Shown: positions 49,419 through 58,718, counted from the first letter of the stretch. The stretch is 58,718 bases of DNA from Deltaproteobacteria bacterium (GCA_016234405.1 JACRCC010000037.1:1-58718); one strand, 5' to 3'. A program made the numbers and translations. Notes: generated from the letters alone by a model not told the origin.

Positions 49419-50495
49419 TCAGCTTTGTTTACTTTCCCATCCGTGCTCCTTCAACTCATTAACCTGTCTTGGGGAGAGGTCTTTGGATGTATGTCTCACC
49501 ATATCGGAGGGCACGGGCTTGGGGAACGCCTCGGCCTCGCCAACCGCCTTGTGGACCGCGGCCTCGCATCTATTGGCGACGCCGTCTTCATAGTCTTTCG
49601 TAAGGATGCCCTTTTTTTCCATGAAGGATTTGAGTCTAATGAGCGGCTCTTTTTTCTTCCACTCCTCGACCTCTTCCTTTGCCCTGTAGCGCGACGCGTC
49701 GTCGGACGTAGTATGGTCGTCGAGCCTGTATGTGAAACATTCGATGAGGGTGGCCCCATTGCCGTTTTTCGCCTTGGTAACCGCGTCGAGCGTCGCCTTG
49801 TAAACGGCTATAACGTCGTTGCCGTCCACCTGTATGCCCTCAAAGCCGTACGCGGCCGCCCTCTGCGCGATGGTTTTGCCTGCGCTCTGGCGCGAGCGCG
49901 GCACCGATATAGCCCACTGGTTGTTCTGGCAAAGAAAGACCACCGGCGCATTGAAGACCCCCGCGAAGTTCATCCCCTCGTGAAAATCACCGCGTGAAGA
50001 CCCGCCGTCGCCGAAATAAACGCCTACGGCCTTTTTATCGCCCTTGTATTTCATGGCCATGCCCACGCCCGCCCCCTGCGTTATCTGCGAACCGACTGGC
50101 ACGCACATCGGAAATATATTCAGATTTTCAGGGCACTTCATCCCGCGCTCGTCTCCCATCCAGTAGCGATACAACATCCATAAGGGATACCCCTTTGCGA
50201 TAAAAACTCCGGACTCCCTGAATGACGGTATGAGCCAGTCCGCGTCATCAAAAGCAAGGGCGCTGCCAATTTGCGAGGCCTCCTGACCGAGGATGGACGC
50301 ATACGTGCCAATGCGTCCCTCCCTCTGGAGCGCAAGGGCCGTGCGGTTGAACGCGCGGGCGAGAATCATGGCCTCGTATATCTTTTTGTAATCCGCGTCA
50401 TTGAGGGGAGGAAGAAGGGCTGAGTCCGCCACTCCGTTTTCGGCGATTATCCGGAGGAATTTTACGTCAAAGCTCTCGATGGTCTTGAGGGGCAT
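49419..50495 (-). CDS. pdhA: Pyruvate/2-oxoacid dehydrogenase E1 alpha
   Basis: [17 protein letters not shown] motif GDG...NNQWAIS and HTTSDD. Confidence 0.9.
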   Translation of the reverse strand: MPLKTIESFDVKFLRIIAENGVADSALLPPLNDADYKKIYEAMILARAFNRTALALQREGRIGTYASILGQEASQIGSALAFDDADWLIPSFRESGVFIAKGYPLWMLYRYWMGDERGMKCPENLNIFPMCVPVGSQITQGAGVGMAMKYKGDKKAVGVYFGDGGSSRGDFHEGMNFAGVFNAPVVFLCQNNQWAISVPRSRQSAGKTIAQRAAAYGFEGIQVDGNDVIAVYKATLDAVTKAKNGNGATLIECFTYRLDDHTTSDDASRYRAKEEVEEWKKKEPLIRLKSFMEKKGILTKDYEDGVANRCEAAVHKAVGEAEAFPKPVPSDMVRHTSKDLSPRQVNELKEHGWESKQS

Positions 50496-50609
50496 AAATT
50501 TGAGTTTACACGCAAAGACCCGCGCCGTCAAGTTCAGCCGAGACATGACGCCTCGCCTATCAGGACTTTGTTGACAAGCCCCGACCGTTATTATATTCTC
50601 GACTGTAGC

Positions 50610-51272
50610 ATGGACATATCAAAGATAAAATTCGGCGTTGACGGCCTTATTCCCGCGATAGCGCAGGACGCTGAAACGCTTGAAGTTCTAATGCTCGCGT
50701 ACATGAACGCGGAGGCGCTTACAAAAACCCTTTCAACCGGCAAGGCGCACTTTTTCAGCCGGTCTCGCAAAAAACTATGGTTAAAGGGCGAGACCTCCGG
50801 GAATTTCCTCGACGTGAAATCCGTCTATTACGACTGCGACGCCGACGCCTTGCTTCTTTTGACCGCCCCATACGGCCCGGCCTGCCACACGGGAGAGAAG
50901 AGTTGTTTTTACTCCCTCTTATCAGGCGAGAAAAAAACGGGAAGCCCGGGGCCTTTGATACTCAGGGAATTATCAGGCGTCATAGAATCGAGAAAAACCG
51001 CCTCAAGCGAAAGGTCTTATGTCGCGTCGCTTTTTTCCAAAGGTCTGCCCAAAATCCTCGATAAGATTCAGGAAGAGTCGGGCGAGCTTATCGAGGCCGG
51101 ACGGGAAAAGACCGGCAAGGACGTAATCCACGAGACCGTTGACCTCTGGTTTCACACCATGGTGCTTTTGTCGCAGCGCGGCATAAAAATCGTCGAGGTG
51201 TGGAAGGAATTTGGGAGAAGGTTCGGCGCGTCGGGGATTGACGAAAAAAATCTTAGAGGCAAGGACGGCTAA
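50610..51272 (+). CDS. hisIE: Bifunctional PR-AMP cyclohydrolase/PR-ATP pyrophosphatase
   Basis: [28 protein letters not shown] and KIQEESGE. Confidence 0.95.
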   Translation: MDISKIKFGVDGLIPAIAQDAETLEVLMLAYMNAEALTKTLSTGKAHFFSRSRKKLWLKGETSGNFLDVKSVYYDCDADALLLLTAPYGPACHTGEKSCFYSLLSGEKKTGSPGPLILRELSGVIESRKTASSERSYVASLFSKGLPKILDKIQEESGELIEAGREKTGKDVIHETVDLWFHTMVLLSQRGIKIVEVWKEFGRRFGASGIDEKNLRGKDG

Positions 51273-51292
51273 ACCGAGGCCGTAAAACCCTC

Positions 51293-51341
51293 GCGGAGTT
51301 TACACTGAAGCACATTCGCAACGCTTCAGTGTAAACTCCGC
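51293..51341. repeat. Perfect 19-bp inverted repeat (REP-like hairpin)
   Basis: GCGGAGTTTACACTGAAGC-11 nt-GCTTCAGTGTAAACTCCGC with no U tract. Confidence 0.7.
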
Positions 51342-51366
51342 CAATGTGCCCAAAAGGGAGGCTCAA

Positions 51367-51702
51367 ATGGAATGTATCTTCTGCTCCATCGCGTCGAAGA
51401 AGATGAAGTCCACGGTCGTGCATGAGACCGAGCGCTTCATAGTCATCAGCGACATAAGCCCTCAGGCCCCCAATCACCTGCTCGTGCTGCCCAAGGAGCA
51501 CTTCGAGACCGTCCTCGAGTGCAAGGACAGGGACCTCTTGGGGGAGATGCTTGAGGTCGCCGCCGCTGCCGCCAAAAAAATAGGCGTGGCGGAGCGCGGT
51601 TTCCGGATTATCATAAACACTAACGACGAGGGCGGGCAGACCGTATTCCATTTGCATCTGCACCTGCTGGCCGGCAGACCCCTGCACGGCAAGATGGGTT
51701 AG
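51367..51702 (+). CDS. hinT: HIT-family nucleotide-binding protein
   Basis: CIFC, DISPQAPNH and GGQTVFHLHLHLLAGR. Confidence 0.93.
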   Translation: MECIFCSIASKKMKSTVVHETERFIVISDISPQAPNHLLVLPKEHFETVLECKDRDLLGEMLEVAAAAAKKIGVAERGFRIIINTNDEGGQTVFHLHLHLLAGRPLHGKMG

Positions 51703-51708
51703 CAGCTT

Positions 51709-51780
51709 GCCCAGCGCCGCTTTTCATCACGAAGATGCGTCTGTAGTTGACAAGTTTCGCGCAGAAAAGTGGCGCTGGGC
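51709..51780. repeat. CCCAGCGCC palindromic element, intergenic copy
   Basis: GCCCAGCGCCGCTTTTC ... GAAAAGTGGCGCTGGGC. Confidence 0.8.
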
Positions 51781-51845
51781 TTGACTTCGACGCCGTGTTG
51801 TCCCTATACTATAACCAACGACAAGTCTCACGCGGAGGTAACAAC

Positions 51846-52124
51846 ATGGCTGAAAATCTGCTTGGCCCGACGTGCCAAAGTTGCGGCATCCCCCTTATGA
51901 GGGCGGACGACTTCGGCAGGGAGGCCAACTTCGTCATAAAGGTGGATTACTGCAGGTACTGTTACGACAAGGGAAAGTTCCACGAGCCTGACATCACCTT
52001 TGACCAGATGGTCGAGAAGGTGGCAAAGTTCATGATGTCAAGAAGGGAGATGCCCATTGACAACGCCAAGGCTCAGGCAAAGGCTCTTTTAAGTCAGCTC
52101 AAGAGGTGGCAAGGGCAACGGTAG
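51846..52124 (+). CDS. Zinc-ribbon domain protein
   Basis: CQSCGIPL...YCRYCY...LKRW. GGAGG SD. Confidence 0.85.
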   Translation: MAENLLGPTCQSCGIPLMRADDFGREANFVIKVDYCRYCYDKGKFHEPDITFDQMVEKVAKFMMSRREMPIDNAKAQAKALLSQLKRWQGQR

Positions 52125-52149
52125 GTTTTGATACCGGTTGGCGACAGCC

Positions 52150-52288
52150 GGGTTAGCTTTATTACTGCTACCATTAGCATCCTGCTCTCATAAAAGGCGT
52201 TATTCTGCGCTACGACGTGAGGGAGACAATATCCCGGCTCGGCGCCTTCGGGATGCTCATTTCGACACAGAATATATTCCACTGCCAT
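52150..52288 (-). pseudogene. Degenerate mazF/pemK fragment
   Basis: 52179-52277 aligns by eye with 54232-54331. EPGYCLPHVVAQNNAFYESR vs EPGYRHPHVVVQNNVFNESR. Confidence 0.8.
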
Positions 52289-52350
52289 AAATACACCTTC
52301 GAACACCCTAAAAACCCCTTTAAAATCAGCTAATTACAATGTTTATCGGA

Positions 52351-52415
52351 ATAGTATCAAGGGCTTGACATTATTTAGCTCTACCGATATAATAGCATCA
52401 AGGTCGTGATACTAT
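52351..52415 (+). promoter_or_regulatory. Consensus sigma70 promoter with two operator-like palindromes
   Basis: TTGACA(52365)-17 bp-TATAAT(52388). ATAGTATCA-N6-TGACATTAT and ATAGCATCA-N6-TGATACTAT. Confidence 0.75.
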
Positions 52416-52421
52416 TTTGTT

Positions 52422-53828
52422 ATGAAGAAAATTACCAGAGACGAGATAGCCCGCAGGATACGGTATGAAAATCCTTGGTGGGACGAGCAAAGAGCCATTG
52501 ACGGTTATTTCCGAAAGATGGTCCCGAGGGCGTATCTTGACGCCTTTCACAAGCTCGTAACCCAAAAGGACGTCAACCGCGCAGTCGTCCTCATGGGGCC
52601 GCGCAGGGTCGGCAAGACCGTCCTCATCCACCACTTCATACAGAGGCTGATAGACGGCGGCGTTGACCCGCGCCGCATCTGTTATGTATCCATCGAGGCG
52701 CCGGTCTATACCGGCTGCTCCCTTGAGGAGATAACAGGGTATTACCGCGAAATCTTCAGCTTCGACAACCTCAAAGACTGCTACATCTTCTTTGACGAGA
52801 TACAGTATCTCAAGGACTGGGAGAAACACCTGAAGAGACTTGTTGACGACCACCGAGACGCAACGTTTGTCGCCTCCGGTTCTGCTGCAGCCGCGCTAAA
52901 ACGCAAAAGCATGGAATCCGGGGCAGGGAGGTTTACGGACATATACCTGCCGCCGCTTACCTTCCATGAGTTCATACGTCTACGCGGTAAAGAAACACTT
53001 ATGGACTTGGATGGTAACAAGGCAAAGGACTTGGCCGGCTTGAACGACGAGTTCATCAATTATATAAACTTCGGCGGATACCCTGAGGCCATTTTTTCAG
53101 AGGCCATTCAATCAGACCCGGGCAGATACATAAGGAGCGACGTTATTGACAAGGTCTTACTGAGGGACCTGCCGAGCATCTACGGGATTGCGGATATTCA
53201 GGAACTTAATAAGCTCTTCATGACCATCGCCTATAACACCGGCAACGAGGTCTCGCTCGACGCGCTCTCGCAAAGCGCGGGCGTCGCCAAGAACACGATT
53301 AAAAAATACCTTGAATACCTCGAGGCCGCTTTTCTTGTAAAGATTATTCACAGGGTTGACCAATCCGGCAAGCGGTTTTTGAAGGCGAACTTCTTCAAGG
53401 TCTACCTTACGAATCCGTCTATTCGATGCGCCCTTTTCGGCCCGGTCTCAACAGACCATGAGGCAATGGGCAACATGGTAGAGACCGCGATTGTGAGCCA
53501 ATTGTTCAGTTTTGACAATATCTATTACGCGAGATGGAAAGGCGGGGAAGTTGACGTTGTCTTTCTTAAAGATAGTCAGGTTTCGTCATGTCATGAAATA
53601 AAATGGTCAAATCGGTTCTTCGATCAGCCCGGAGAACTCCAAAACCTTATTAAATTTGCTAAGAGGCACGGCCTCGAAAACACATATGCGACGACCATTG
53701 ACAAGTCTGGAAAGCGCGTTGTGGACAATGTGTTTATATCCTTCATGCCCGCAAGCATAATGTCTTATCGCTTGAGTAAAGCGGCCGCAGAACTGCATAC
53801 CATGTTCGACCTCAAATTACATCTGTAA
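52422..53828 (+). CDS. AAA+ ATPase (AAA_14/DUF4143 type) with wHTH and C-terminal PD-(D/E)xK-like region
   Basis: GPRRVGKT, FFDEIQ, SGSAA...ESGAGR, GGYPE, YLEYLEAAFL and EVDVV...HEIKW. Confidence 0.88.
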   Translation: MKKITRDEIARRIRYENPWWDEQRAIDGYFRKMVPRAYLDAFHKLVTQKDVNRAVVLMGPRRVGKTVLIHHFIQRLIDGGVDPRRICYVSIEAPVYTGCSLEEITGYYREIFSFDNLKDCYIFFDEIQYLKDWEKHLKRLVDDHRDATFVASGSAAAALKRKSMESGAGRFTDIYLPPLTFHEFIRLRGKETLMDLDGNKAKDLAGLNDEFINYINFGGYPEAIFSEAIQSDPGRYIRSDVIDKVLLRDLPSIYGIADIQELNKLFMTIAYNTGNEVSLDALSQSAGVAKNTIKKYLEYLEAAFLVKIIHRVDQSGKRFLKANFFKVYLTNPSIRCALFGPVSTDHEAMGNMVETAIVSQLFSFDNIYYARWKGGEVDVVFLKDSQVSSCHEIKWSNRFFDQPGELQNLIKFAKRHGLENTYATTIDKSGKRVVDNVFISFMPASIMSYRLSKAAAELHTMFDLKLHL

Positions 53829-53830
53829 TA

Positions 53831-53902
53831 CCCCCCTCATATCTCCACCAACTTCAAGGCGTTTTCCATGGCCTTTTCCCAGTCCCTGCCCTGTCTTTTT
53901 AT
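53831..53902. repeat. Diverged direct copy of the 3' end of the phospholipase C-family gene (54639-54710)
   Basis: 4 mismatches over the first 63 bp. Encodes KRQGRDWEKAMENALKLVEI* vs ...DMENALKLVEM*. Confidence 0.9.
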
Positions 53903-53996
53903 TGAGGTTTCGATTTCTTGCATAGATTGCCGTTGTGATTATTGCTTTAACACCCCTCTTTCCTAAAGAGGGGCTGGGGAGATTCTGCCGTCTTTT

Positions 53997-54350
53997 TCAA
54001 ATGACACTCGGCGTAATCAGCAAACGTATCCCCTCTATTATCTGATTAACCCGGCCTTGAGACAGCGAGCCTATCTTTTCAATAAGGTCTCCTTTGTCTA
54101 CCGTCACGACCTGCGACACGTTAACCGCGCTTTCTTTCTTAAGGCCGCCTTCGCCTTTGTGCAGGGAGACGTTACCGGGCGCGTTGCCCCTTTTTAAATT
54201 CGACGTCAGGGCGCATACGATTACCGTATTTATCCTGCTCTCATTAAAGACGTTATTTTGCACTACGACGTGAGGATGACGATATCCCGGCTCGGAGCCT
54301 TTCGGAGCGCCCAACTCGACCCAGAATATATCCCCCTGCCTGATATTCAA
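53997..54350 (-). CDS. mazF: MazF/PemK family endoribonuclease toxin
   Basis: RQGDIFWVEL...GSEPGYRHPHVVVQNNVFNESRINTVIV..LTSN...NVSQVVTVDK. Confidence 0.93.
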   Translation of the reverse strand: MNIRQGDIFWVELGAPKGSEPGYRHPHVVVQNNVFNESRINTVIVCALTSNLKRGNAPGNVSLHKGEGGLKKESAVNVSQVVTVDKGDLIEKIGSLSQGRVNQIIEGIRLLITPSVI

Positions 54351-54592
54351 TAACGCTCCTTAAGATTAGAACGGTAGCGCTTCTTGGCGGAGGCCCTCAC
54401 CCTTGCCTCTTCCGCGGTTTCCGCTTCGGAATAAGCCTCGTTGACGGCCTCTAAGAGCCTTTGCGATTTTATCTTTTCCAAAAAATCCTTTACGGCCATG
54501 CTGAAGACCGCGCTCCTTGAACAATGGCGCTTTTTTGCGAAGGTCTCAACCTCGTTGAACATCTCGTCTTTAACGGATATCGCTATCTTCAT
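54347..54592 (-). CDS. RHH antitoxin (ChpI/MazE-like)
   Basis: MKIAISVKDEMFNEVE...SRSAVF...AVNEAYS. 4-bp overlap with mazF. Confidence 0.85.
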   Translation of the reverse strand: MKIAISVKDEMFNEVETFAKKRHCSRSAVFSMAVKDFLEKIKSQRLLEAVNEAYSEAETAEEARVRASAKKRYRSNLKERY

Positions 54593-54597
54593 ACTTT

Positions 54598-54627
54598 AAG
54601 TATCACATAAAGTCATACTTTTGTCAA
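54598..54627 (-). promoter_or_regulatory. Leaderless TA promoter with operator
   Basis: Minus strand TTGACA-17 bp-GATACT, 6 nt before the ATG. AAGTATGAC-N5-GTGATACTT palindrome. Confidence 0.7.
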
Positions 54628-54644
54628 TATCGGCCATGCCCCCC

Positions 54645-55499
54645 TCACATCTCCACCAACTTCAATGCGTTCTCCATGTCCTTTTCCCAGTCCCTGCCCT
54701 GCCTCTTCATGGTCTTGAGGCTTTTTCTCAGGTGCACGGCGGAATTCAAGGCGTGCCTGCCTGTCGGGTCTTTTTTGAGGCATTGGGCCTTGTTCGGGTG
54801 ATTTAAAAACTCAATCGCGGCGTCAAGGGAACGTTGGAAGTATCTTTCCTTATCTTCCCTGTGCAAAGACCACTTGGAATTAGCTGAAAGTATGTGGAGC
54901 ATCCTGTGCCAGCGCTCGAATCTATGCAGTGAGAGTATGCCGGAAAATATCATTTTATTCGTCCTGAAAGAGAGCGGGGCATCCTCTATGACCGAGCCGA
55001 GGAGCCTGTCGTTATCGTCGTGGATCTCCTTGACTATCTTTTTCGGGAGCAGCCAAACCCTCTTGTCCGCAAGCGCGTCGAACCTCATCTCCCAGTATAT
55101 GTGCCTTAATGTGCGGGCGGAAAAGGTCCGTATCATCCTGTCGGGTATGAAGTGGTTGTGCGCGACGGTGTCCGCGGCAAGGTGGCTCAGGTACCCGTAG
55201 GCGAAGGCCCTTTGTGAATCGCTCCCGGCTTTTTTCAGGAGCTTAAAACCCATCTTCCAGTTATGGCAATGTTTGAGTTCCTCGACCAGATTCTTTCCGA
55301 CGACGATATCCGCGCTGATGTTCCCGTAGAGGAAATCATAAGGGAAGCGCTCGATAAGGAGTTTTGCGGGGACTGAAATCAGGGATATGTTATGGAGAAG
55401 GGTATTGCCTATCTCAAGGTGTGTCGCCGGCCCCCACGCGAGGGCGTCGGGCGGGAAGACTAATATGATAAAAACGCTCAAGGCAACGATGGCCAACAT
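54645..55499 (-). CDS. Zinc-dependent phospholipase C family protein
   Basis: Signal peptide, then AWGPATH, ISADI, HCHNW, GYLSHLAADTVAHN and HIYWE. Confidence 0.85.
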   Translation of the reverse strand: MLAIVALSVFIILVFPPDALAWGPATHLEIGNTLLHNISLISVPAKLLIERFPYDFLYGNISADIVVGKNLVEELKHCHNWKMGFKLLKKAGSDSQRAFAYGYLSHLAADTVAHNHFIPDRMIRTFSARTLRHIYWEMRFDALADKRVWLLPKKIVKEIHDDNDRLLGSVIEDAPLSFRTNKMIFSGILSLHRFERWHRMLHILSANSKWSLHREDKERYFQRSLDAAIEFLNHPNKAQCLKKDPTGRHALNSAVHLRKSLKTMKRQGRDWEKDMENALKLVEM

Positions 55500-55547
55500 A
55501 CCCTTATTATGCTATATTATGTCCGAATTGTTGTAAAGGAGAAATGC

Positions 55548-56069
55548 GTGGCAGCCGTTGAAGAATATATAAAGACGGTAAACGCCCTCATTGACAGGTT
55601 TGAATTTCTGCGGGCCTCAGGGGTATATTTCATCGCGCCGCCGCCGAGCGCATTGCAAACCTCCGGTAATCCGGCAGCTGGTCTTGCAATCTTATGTGAT
55701 GAAGACGTCGCGCGAGACGGCGCAACGGGCAAACTCCTTGTCGGCATATTGAACGCCATGAAGTTCGGCATGGAAGATGTCTTTATCATAAGCGGCGTTA
55801 AGTCCGCATTATCGGACAAAGGGGGCAGTACCCTCTTGAATGAACTTGCGAAATTGACGCCCAAGGCCATCGTGGCTTTCGGCAAAGCCTCGGCTAACGC
55901 CCTTGCAGGTCTTGCCCCGTCAGAGGCCGCGCCCTTTTCGGATTGGAAGCGCATAAAAGTCCTTCAAGCGCCATGCCTCAAAGATATGCCGGAAAATAAA
56001 GACCTTAAACGCAAGACATGGCGCGACCTTCAGGCCGTGATGAAGGAGTTGGGCAAAGCGCCGGGCTGA
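55548..56069 (+). CDS. Uracil-DNA glycosylase-fold protein lacking catalytic motifs (start uncertain)
   Basis: GKLLVGILNAM, PKAIVAFGK and KRKTWRDL resemble family-4 UDG scaffolds. GEAPG, the Fe-S cysteines and HP[A/S] are absent. Confidence 0.6.
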   Translation: MAAVEEYIKTVNALIDRFEFLRASGVYFIAPPPSALQTSGNPAAGLAILCDEDVARDGATGKLLVGILNAMKFGMEDVFIISGVKSALSDKGGSTLLNELAKLTPKAIVAFGKASANALAGLAPSEAAPFSDWKRIKVLQAPCLKDMPENKDLKRKTWRDLQAVMKELGKAPG

Positions 56070-56165
56070 CGACACGGAAAAACCCCGCGATTATATTTAC
56101 CCGCGCGCGCTTTTCTATCCTCTGTGAAATTGCAATACGCATTTTTACCTGATAGAATCGGAGAT

Positions 56166-57470
56166 ATGAAGAAATCAGTTTTATTCCTTTTAACCCTTGC
56201 CGCGCCGGTCTTTTTCTCGCTCGCCTCCGCGTCTTTCGCAAAAGAGATTCACTACGTCAAGACCGAAGGCATCGTGAACCCGGTGATGGCCGAGTTCCTC
56301 GTAAAGGCCGTCAAGGACGCCGAGGAGTCAAAGGCCGAGGCCCTTATAATCCAGCTCGACACCCCCGGCGGGCTTGACCTCTCCATGAGGGACATCGTAA
56401 AGGCCATCCTCTCATCCAACGTTCCGGTCGTCGTCTACGTGGCCCCGGCTGGTTCGCGCGCCGCGTCAGCAGGGGTGTTTATCGCTTATGCCGCAAACGT
56501 CGCGGCAATGGCGCCCGGCACTAATATCGGCTCAGCCCACCCGGTAACTCTCGGCGGGGGCGGAGAAAAGCCGGATGCGACAATGATGAAAAAAGTCGAG
56601 AACGACGCGGCTGCCTACATCAAGGGCATCGCGTTAAAGAGGGGCAGGAACGCCGAGTGGGCTGAAAAGGCCGTGCGGGAGAGCGTGAACATAACGGCCG
56701 AAGATGCGCTCAAACTCGGGGTCATAAACTTTGTGGCCGAAAACAGGGAAGCGCTTTTATTGAAACTCGACGGCATGAAGACCGAGACCGTAAGCGGGCC
56801 GCGATTGATAGCCGCAAAGGGCGCGGTGATTGTAGAATCAGAGATGAACTGGCGCTCCCGCGTCTTGAGCGCCGTCACAAACCCCAACGTCGCCTACATC
56901 CTCCTGATGATAGGTCTCATCGGTTTGTACTTCGAGCTTTCAAACCCCGGGGCAGTGCTCCCCGGGGTCATAGGCGCGGTCTGTCTCGTGCTCGCCTTTT
57001 ATTCGCTGCAAACGCTCTCAGTCAATTACGCCGGGCTTTTGCTCATCGCCCTTGCCGTGATATTTTTTATACTGGAGCTAAAGGTCGTGAGCTACGGGCT
57101 TTTGACCGTTGCAGGCATAATCTCGCTCATACTTGGCTCACTCATGCTCTTTGATTCCCCTGAGCCTTTTATGAGGGTCTCCGTCTGGGTGGTGATGCCT
57201 ACGGTCGCATTCATGACAATATTTATTATCGGCACGATGTACTACGCCTTACGGATACACAAGAAAAAACCGATAAGCGGCGTTGAGGGCATCATAAAAA
57301 GCACGGGGGTCGTCTCAGACGACTTTGTGGATGGCACGGGTAAGATTTTCATGGAAGGCGAATACTGGGACGCGGTGAGCGCCGAGCCTTTGAAAAAAGG
57401 GGACCGCGCGAGGGTGCTTGAAGTCAAGGGGCTTGTCGCAAAGGTCGAGAAGGAAAAATCGTCTTTTTAA
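56166..57470 (+). CDS. nfeD: Membrane-bound serine protease NfeD (long form)
   Basis: [25 protein letters not shown] block and C-terminal GEYW OB fold. Confidence 0.94.
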   Translation: MKKSVLFLLTLAAPVFFSLASASFAKEIHYVKTEGIVNPVMAEFLVKAVKDAEESKAEALIIQLDTPGGLDLSMRDIVKAILSSNVPVVVYVAPAGSRAASAGVFIAYAANVAAMAPGTNIGSAHPVTLGGGGEKPDATMMKKVENDAAAYIKGIALKRGRNAEWAEKAVRESVNITAEDALKLGVINFVAENREALLLKLDGMKTETVSGPRLIAAKGAVIVESEMNWRSRVLSAVTNPNVAYILLMIGLIGLYFELSNPGAVLPGVIGAVCLVLAFYSLQTLSVNYAGLLLIALAVIFFILELKVVSYGLLTVAGIISLILGSLMLFDSPEPFMRVSVWVVMPTVAFMTIFIIGTMYYALRIHKKKPISGVEGIIKSTGVVSDDFVDGTGKIFMEGEYWDAVSAEPLKKGDRARVLEVKGLVAKVEKEKSSF

Positions 57471-57481
57471 GGAGGAGTGCG

Positions 57482-58246
57482 ATGGTGGCTTTTTTTGGAA
57501 CAGGGACGATAGTCGTCATTATAATTGCGCTGATGATACTCTGGAGCGCGGTGAAGATACTGCCGGAGTATGAAAGGGGAGTCGTCTTTTTCCTCGGCAG
57601 GTATCAGGCCGTAAAGGGGCCGGGGCTCGTGCTGATACTCCCCGCCGTTCAGCGCATGGTGCGCGTGAGCCTCCGGACGGTCACCATGGACGTGCCGCCG
57701 CAGGACGTAATAACAAGGGACAACGTCTCGGTAAAGGTCAACGCGGTGGTGTATTTCAGGGTAATGGCCGCGGAAAGAGCGATAATATCGGTTGAAAACT
57801 ACCTCTACGCCACGTCCCAGCTCGCGCAGACCACCTTGAGGAGCGTGTGCGGGCAGGGGGATCTCGACGAGCTTTTGACGGAGCGCGACAAGATCAACAA
57901 GGTCATCCAGACCATATTGGATAAGCAGACCGACCCCTGGGGCATAAAGGTGTCTCTTGTGGAGGTGAAGGGCATAGATCTGCCCGACGAGATGAAGCGC
58001 GCAATGGCCAAACAGGCCGAGGCCGAGAGGGAAAAGAGGGCCAAGATAATCCACGCCGAGGGAGAGATGCAGGCCTCGCAGAAAATCCTCGAGGCATCCG
58101 ACATACTCTCGAAAAACCCCCTGTCCCTGCAGCTACGCTACCTCCAGACGCTGACCGAGATATCGGCCGAGAAGAACTCCACTATCATCTTCCCGATACC
58201 CATCGAGCTTATAAAACCGTTTCTGAAGGCGTTTGAAAGACCCTGA
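57482..58246 (+). CDS. SPFH/stomatin-like (slipin) protein
   Basis: [38 protein letters not shown] and LQLRYLQTL. Confidence 0.95.
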   Translation: MVAFFGTGTIVVIIIALMILWSAVKILPEYERGVVFFLGRYQAVKGPGLVLILPAVQRMVRVSLRTVTMDVPPQDVITRDNVSVKVNAVVYFRVMAAERAIISVENYLYATSQLAQTTLRSVCGQGDLDELLTERDKINKVIQTILDKQTDPWGIKVSLVEVKGIDLPDEMKRAMAKQAEAEREKRAKIIHAEGEMQASQKILEASDILSKNPLSLQLRYLQTLTEISAEKNSTIIFPIPIELIKPFLKAFERP

Positions 58247-58337
58247 CCTCGCGCCATGTCAAGGGGACGGGATGGCGACAAACGGTGATGGGGCAATTAA
58301 AGGCGTTTGAAAAACCCTGACGCCCGGCCCTTCCCGG

Positions 58338-58376
58338 CAAAAACCCCTCTTGCGAAAGCAAGGGGGTTTTTGTTTT
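58338..58376 (+). terminator. Intrinsic terminator
   Basis: AAAAACCCCTCTTGC-GAAA-GCAAGGGGGTTTTTG. Confidence 0.8.
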
Positions 58377-58485
58377 AAAAACCCGAAGCGGCAAACTGCT
58401 TCGAGTTTTACAAGTAAGGAATCTTTACGATTGCCGTTCGCTCGCTATGCTTGTTGACCTCACGGGGCGGACGGAGTTATATTAA

Positions 58486-58594
58486 GGAAGCTCTGAATAA
58501 TTTACTTTCTTTCTGTCATCCTGAGCGAAGCGAAGGATCTGCTTTTGCTTCGCACCTCAACGGCAACGAAACAAGCGGATTCTTCGCTCCGCTC
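58486..58594. mobile_element. Partial second copy of the 36868-36991 MITE (opposite orientation)
   Basis: TTAA|GGAAGCTCTGAATAATTTACTTTCTTTCTGTCATCCTGAGCGAAGCGAAGGATCTGCTT matches the reverse complement of about 36934-36991. Confidence 0.7.
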
Positions 58595-58718
58595 TGTTAG
58601 ACTTAATACGTCTGGCGGAGTATGTTAAACGTTGTGCCGAGTAAGGGTTGAACAAGTCTATGCTTGCTCAAGGCTTTTAAGCCTATATTCTGAAAGAGAC
58701 CCAACCCTTACAGTGAAT

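Noticed and set aside
58320-58420. GGCAAA/GAAA hairpins resembling a c-di-GMP riboswitch
   Set aside because: The P2/P3 consensus is not met. It is better explained as a terminator plus a small hairpin.
1-58718. tRNA, rRNA, integrase or prophage genes
   Set aside because: No cloverleaf or T-loop consensus, rRNA-like tract, recombinase or phage structural motif was recognised by eye. tRNAscan-SE and Infernal would be needed to exclude them fully.

Overview
A 58.7-kb GC-rich bacterial chromosomal segment. Gene content and order suggest a deltaproteobacterium (Desulfobacterota-like; inference). It is mostly housekeeping: apgM, mtgA, def-fmt, htpX, galU, hsp20-lon-thiL, a Dif-like MCP/CheW/CheY/CheA cluster, larBC, comEC, uvrC, efp, class II aldolase, gpsA, gyrA, ppdK, smc, PDH E1 alpha/beta, hisIE and nfeD-slipin. 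Small accessory islets are interspersed. They are an AT-rich controller-regulated type II R-M-like system with visible operators and leaderless promoters (9.1-10.7 kb), a Tsp45I-family R-M system whose nuclease is frameshifted (37-39 kb), an orphan HTH antitoxin-like gene, a TA pair with a frameshifted toxin, an intact mazEF bracketed by a duplicated gene 3' end, a mazF remnant and a truncated REP-associated tyrosine transposase. The most distinctive unexplained structure is a dense set of short palindromic or MITE-like elements (at least six families). Some are nested in each other and several supply translated sequence to core genes (uvrC, cheA, larC, a TPR lipoprotein, the spermidine-synthase-like protein). 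I found no rRNA, tRNA, CRISPR array, integrase or prophage. All product calls are by motif recognition, with no database search. Single-base frameshifts could be assembly errors.
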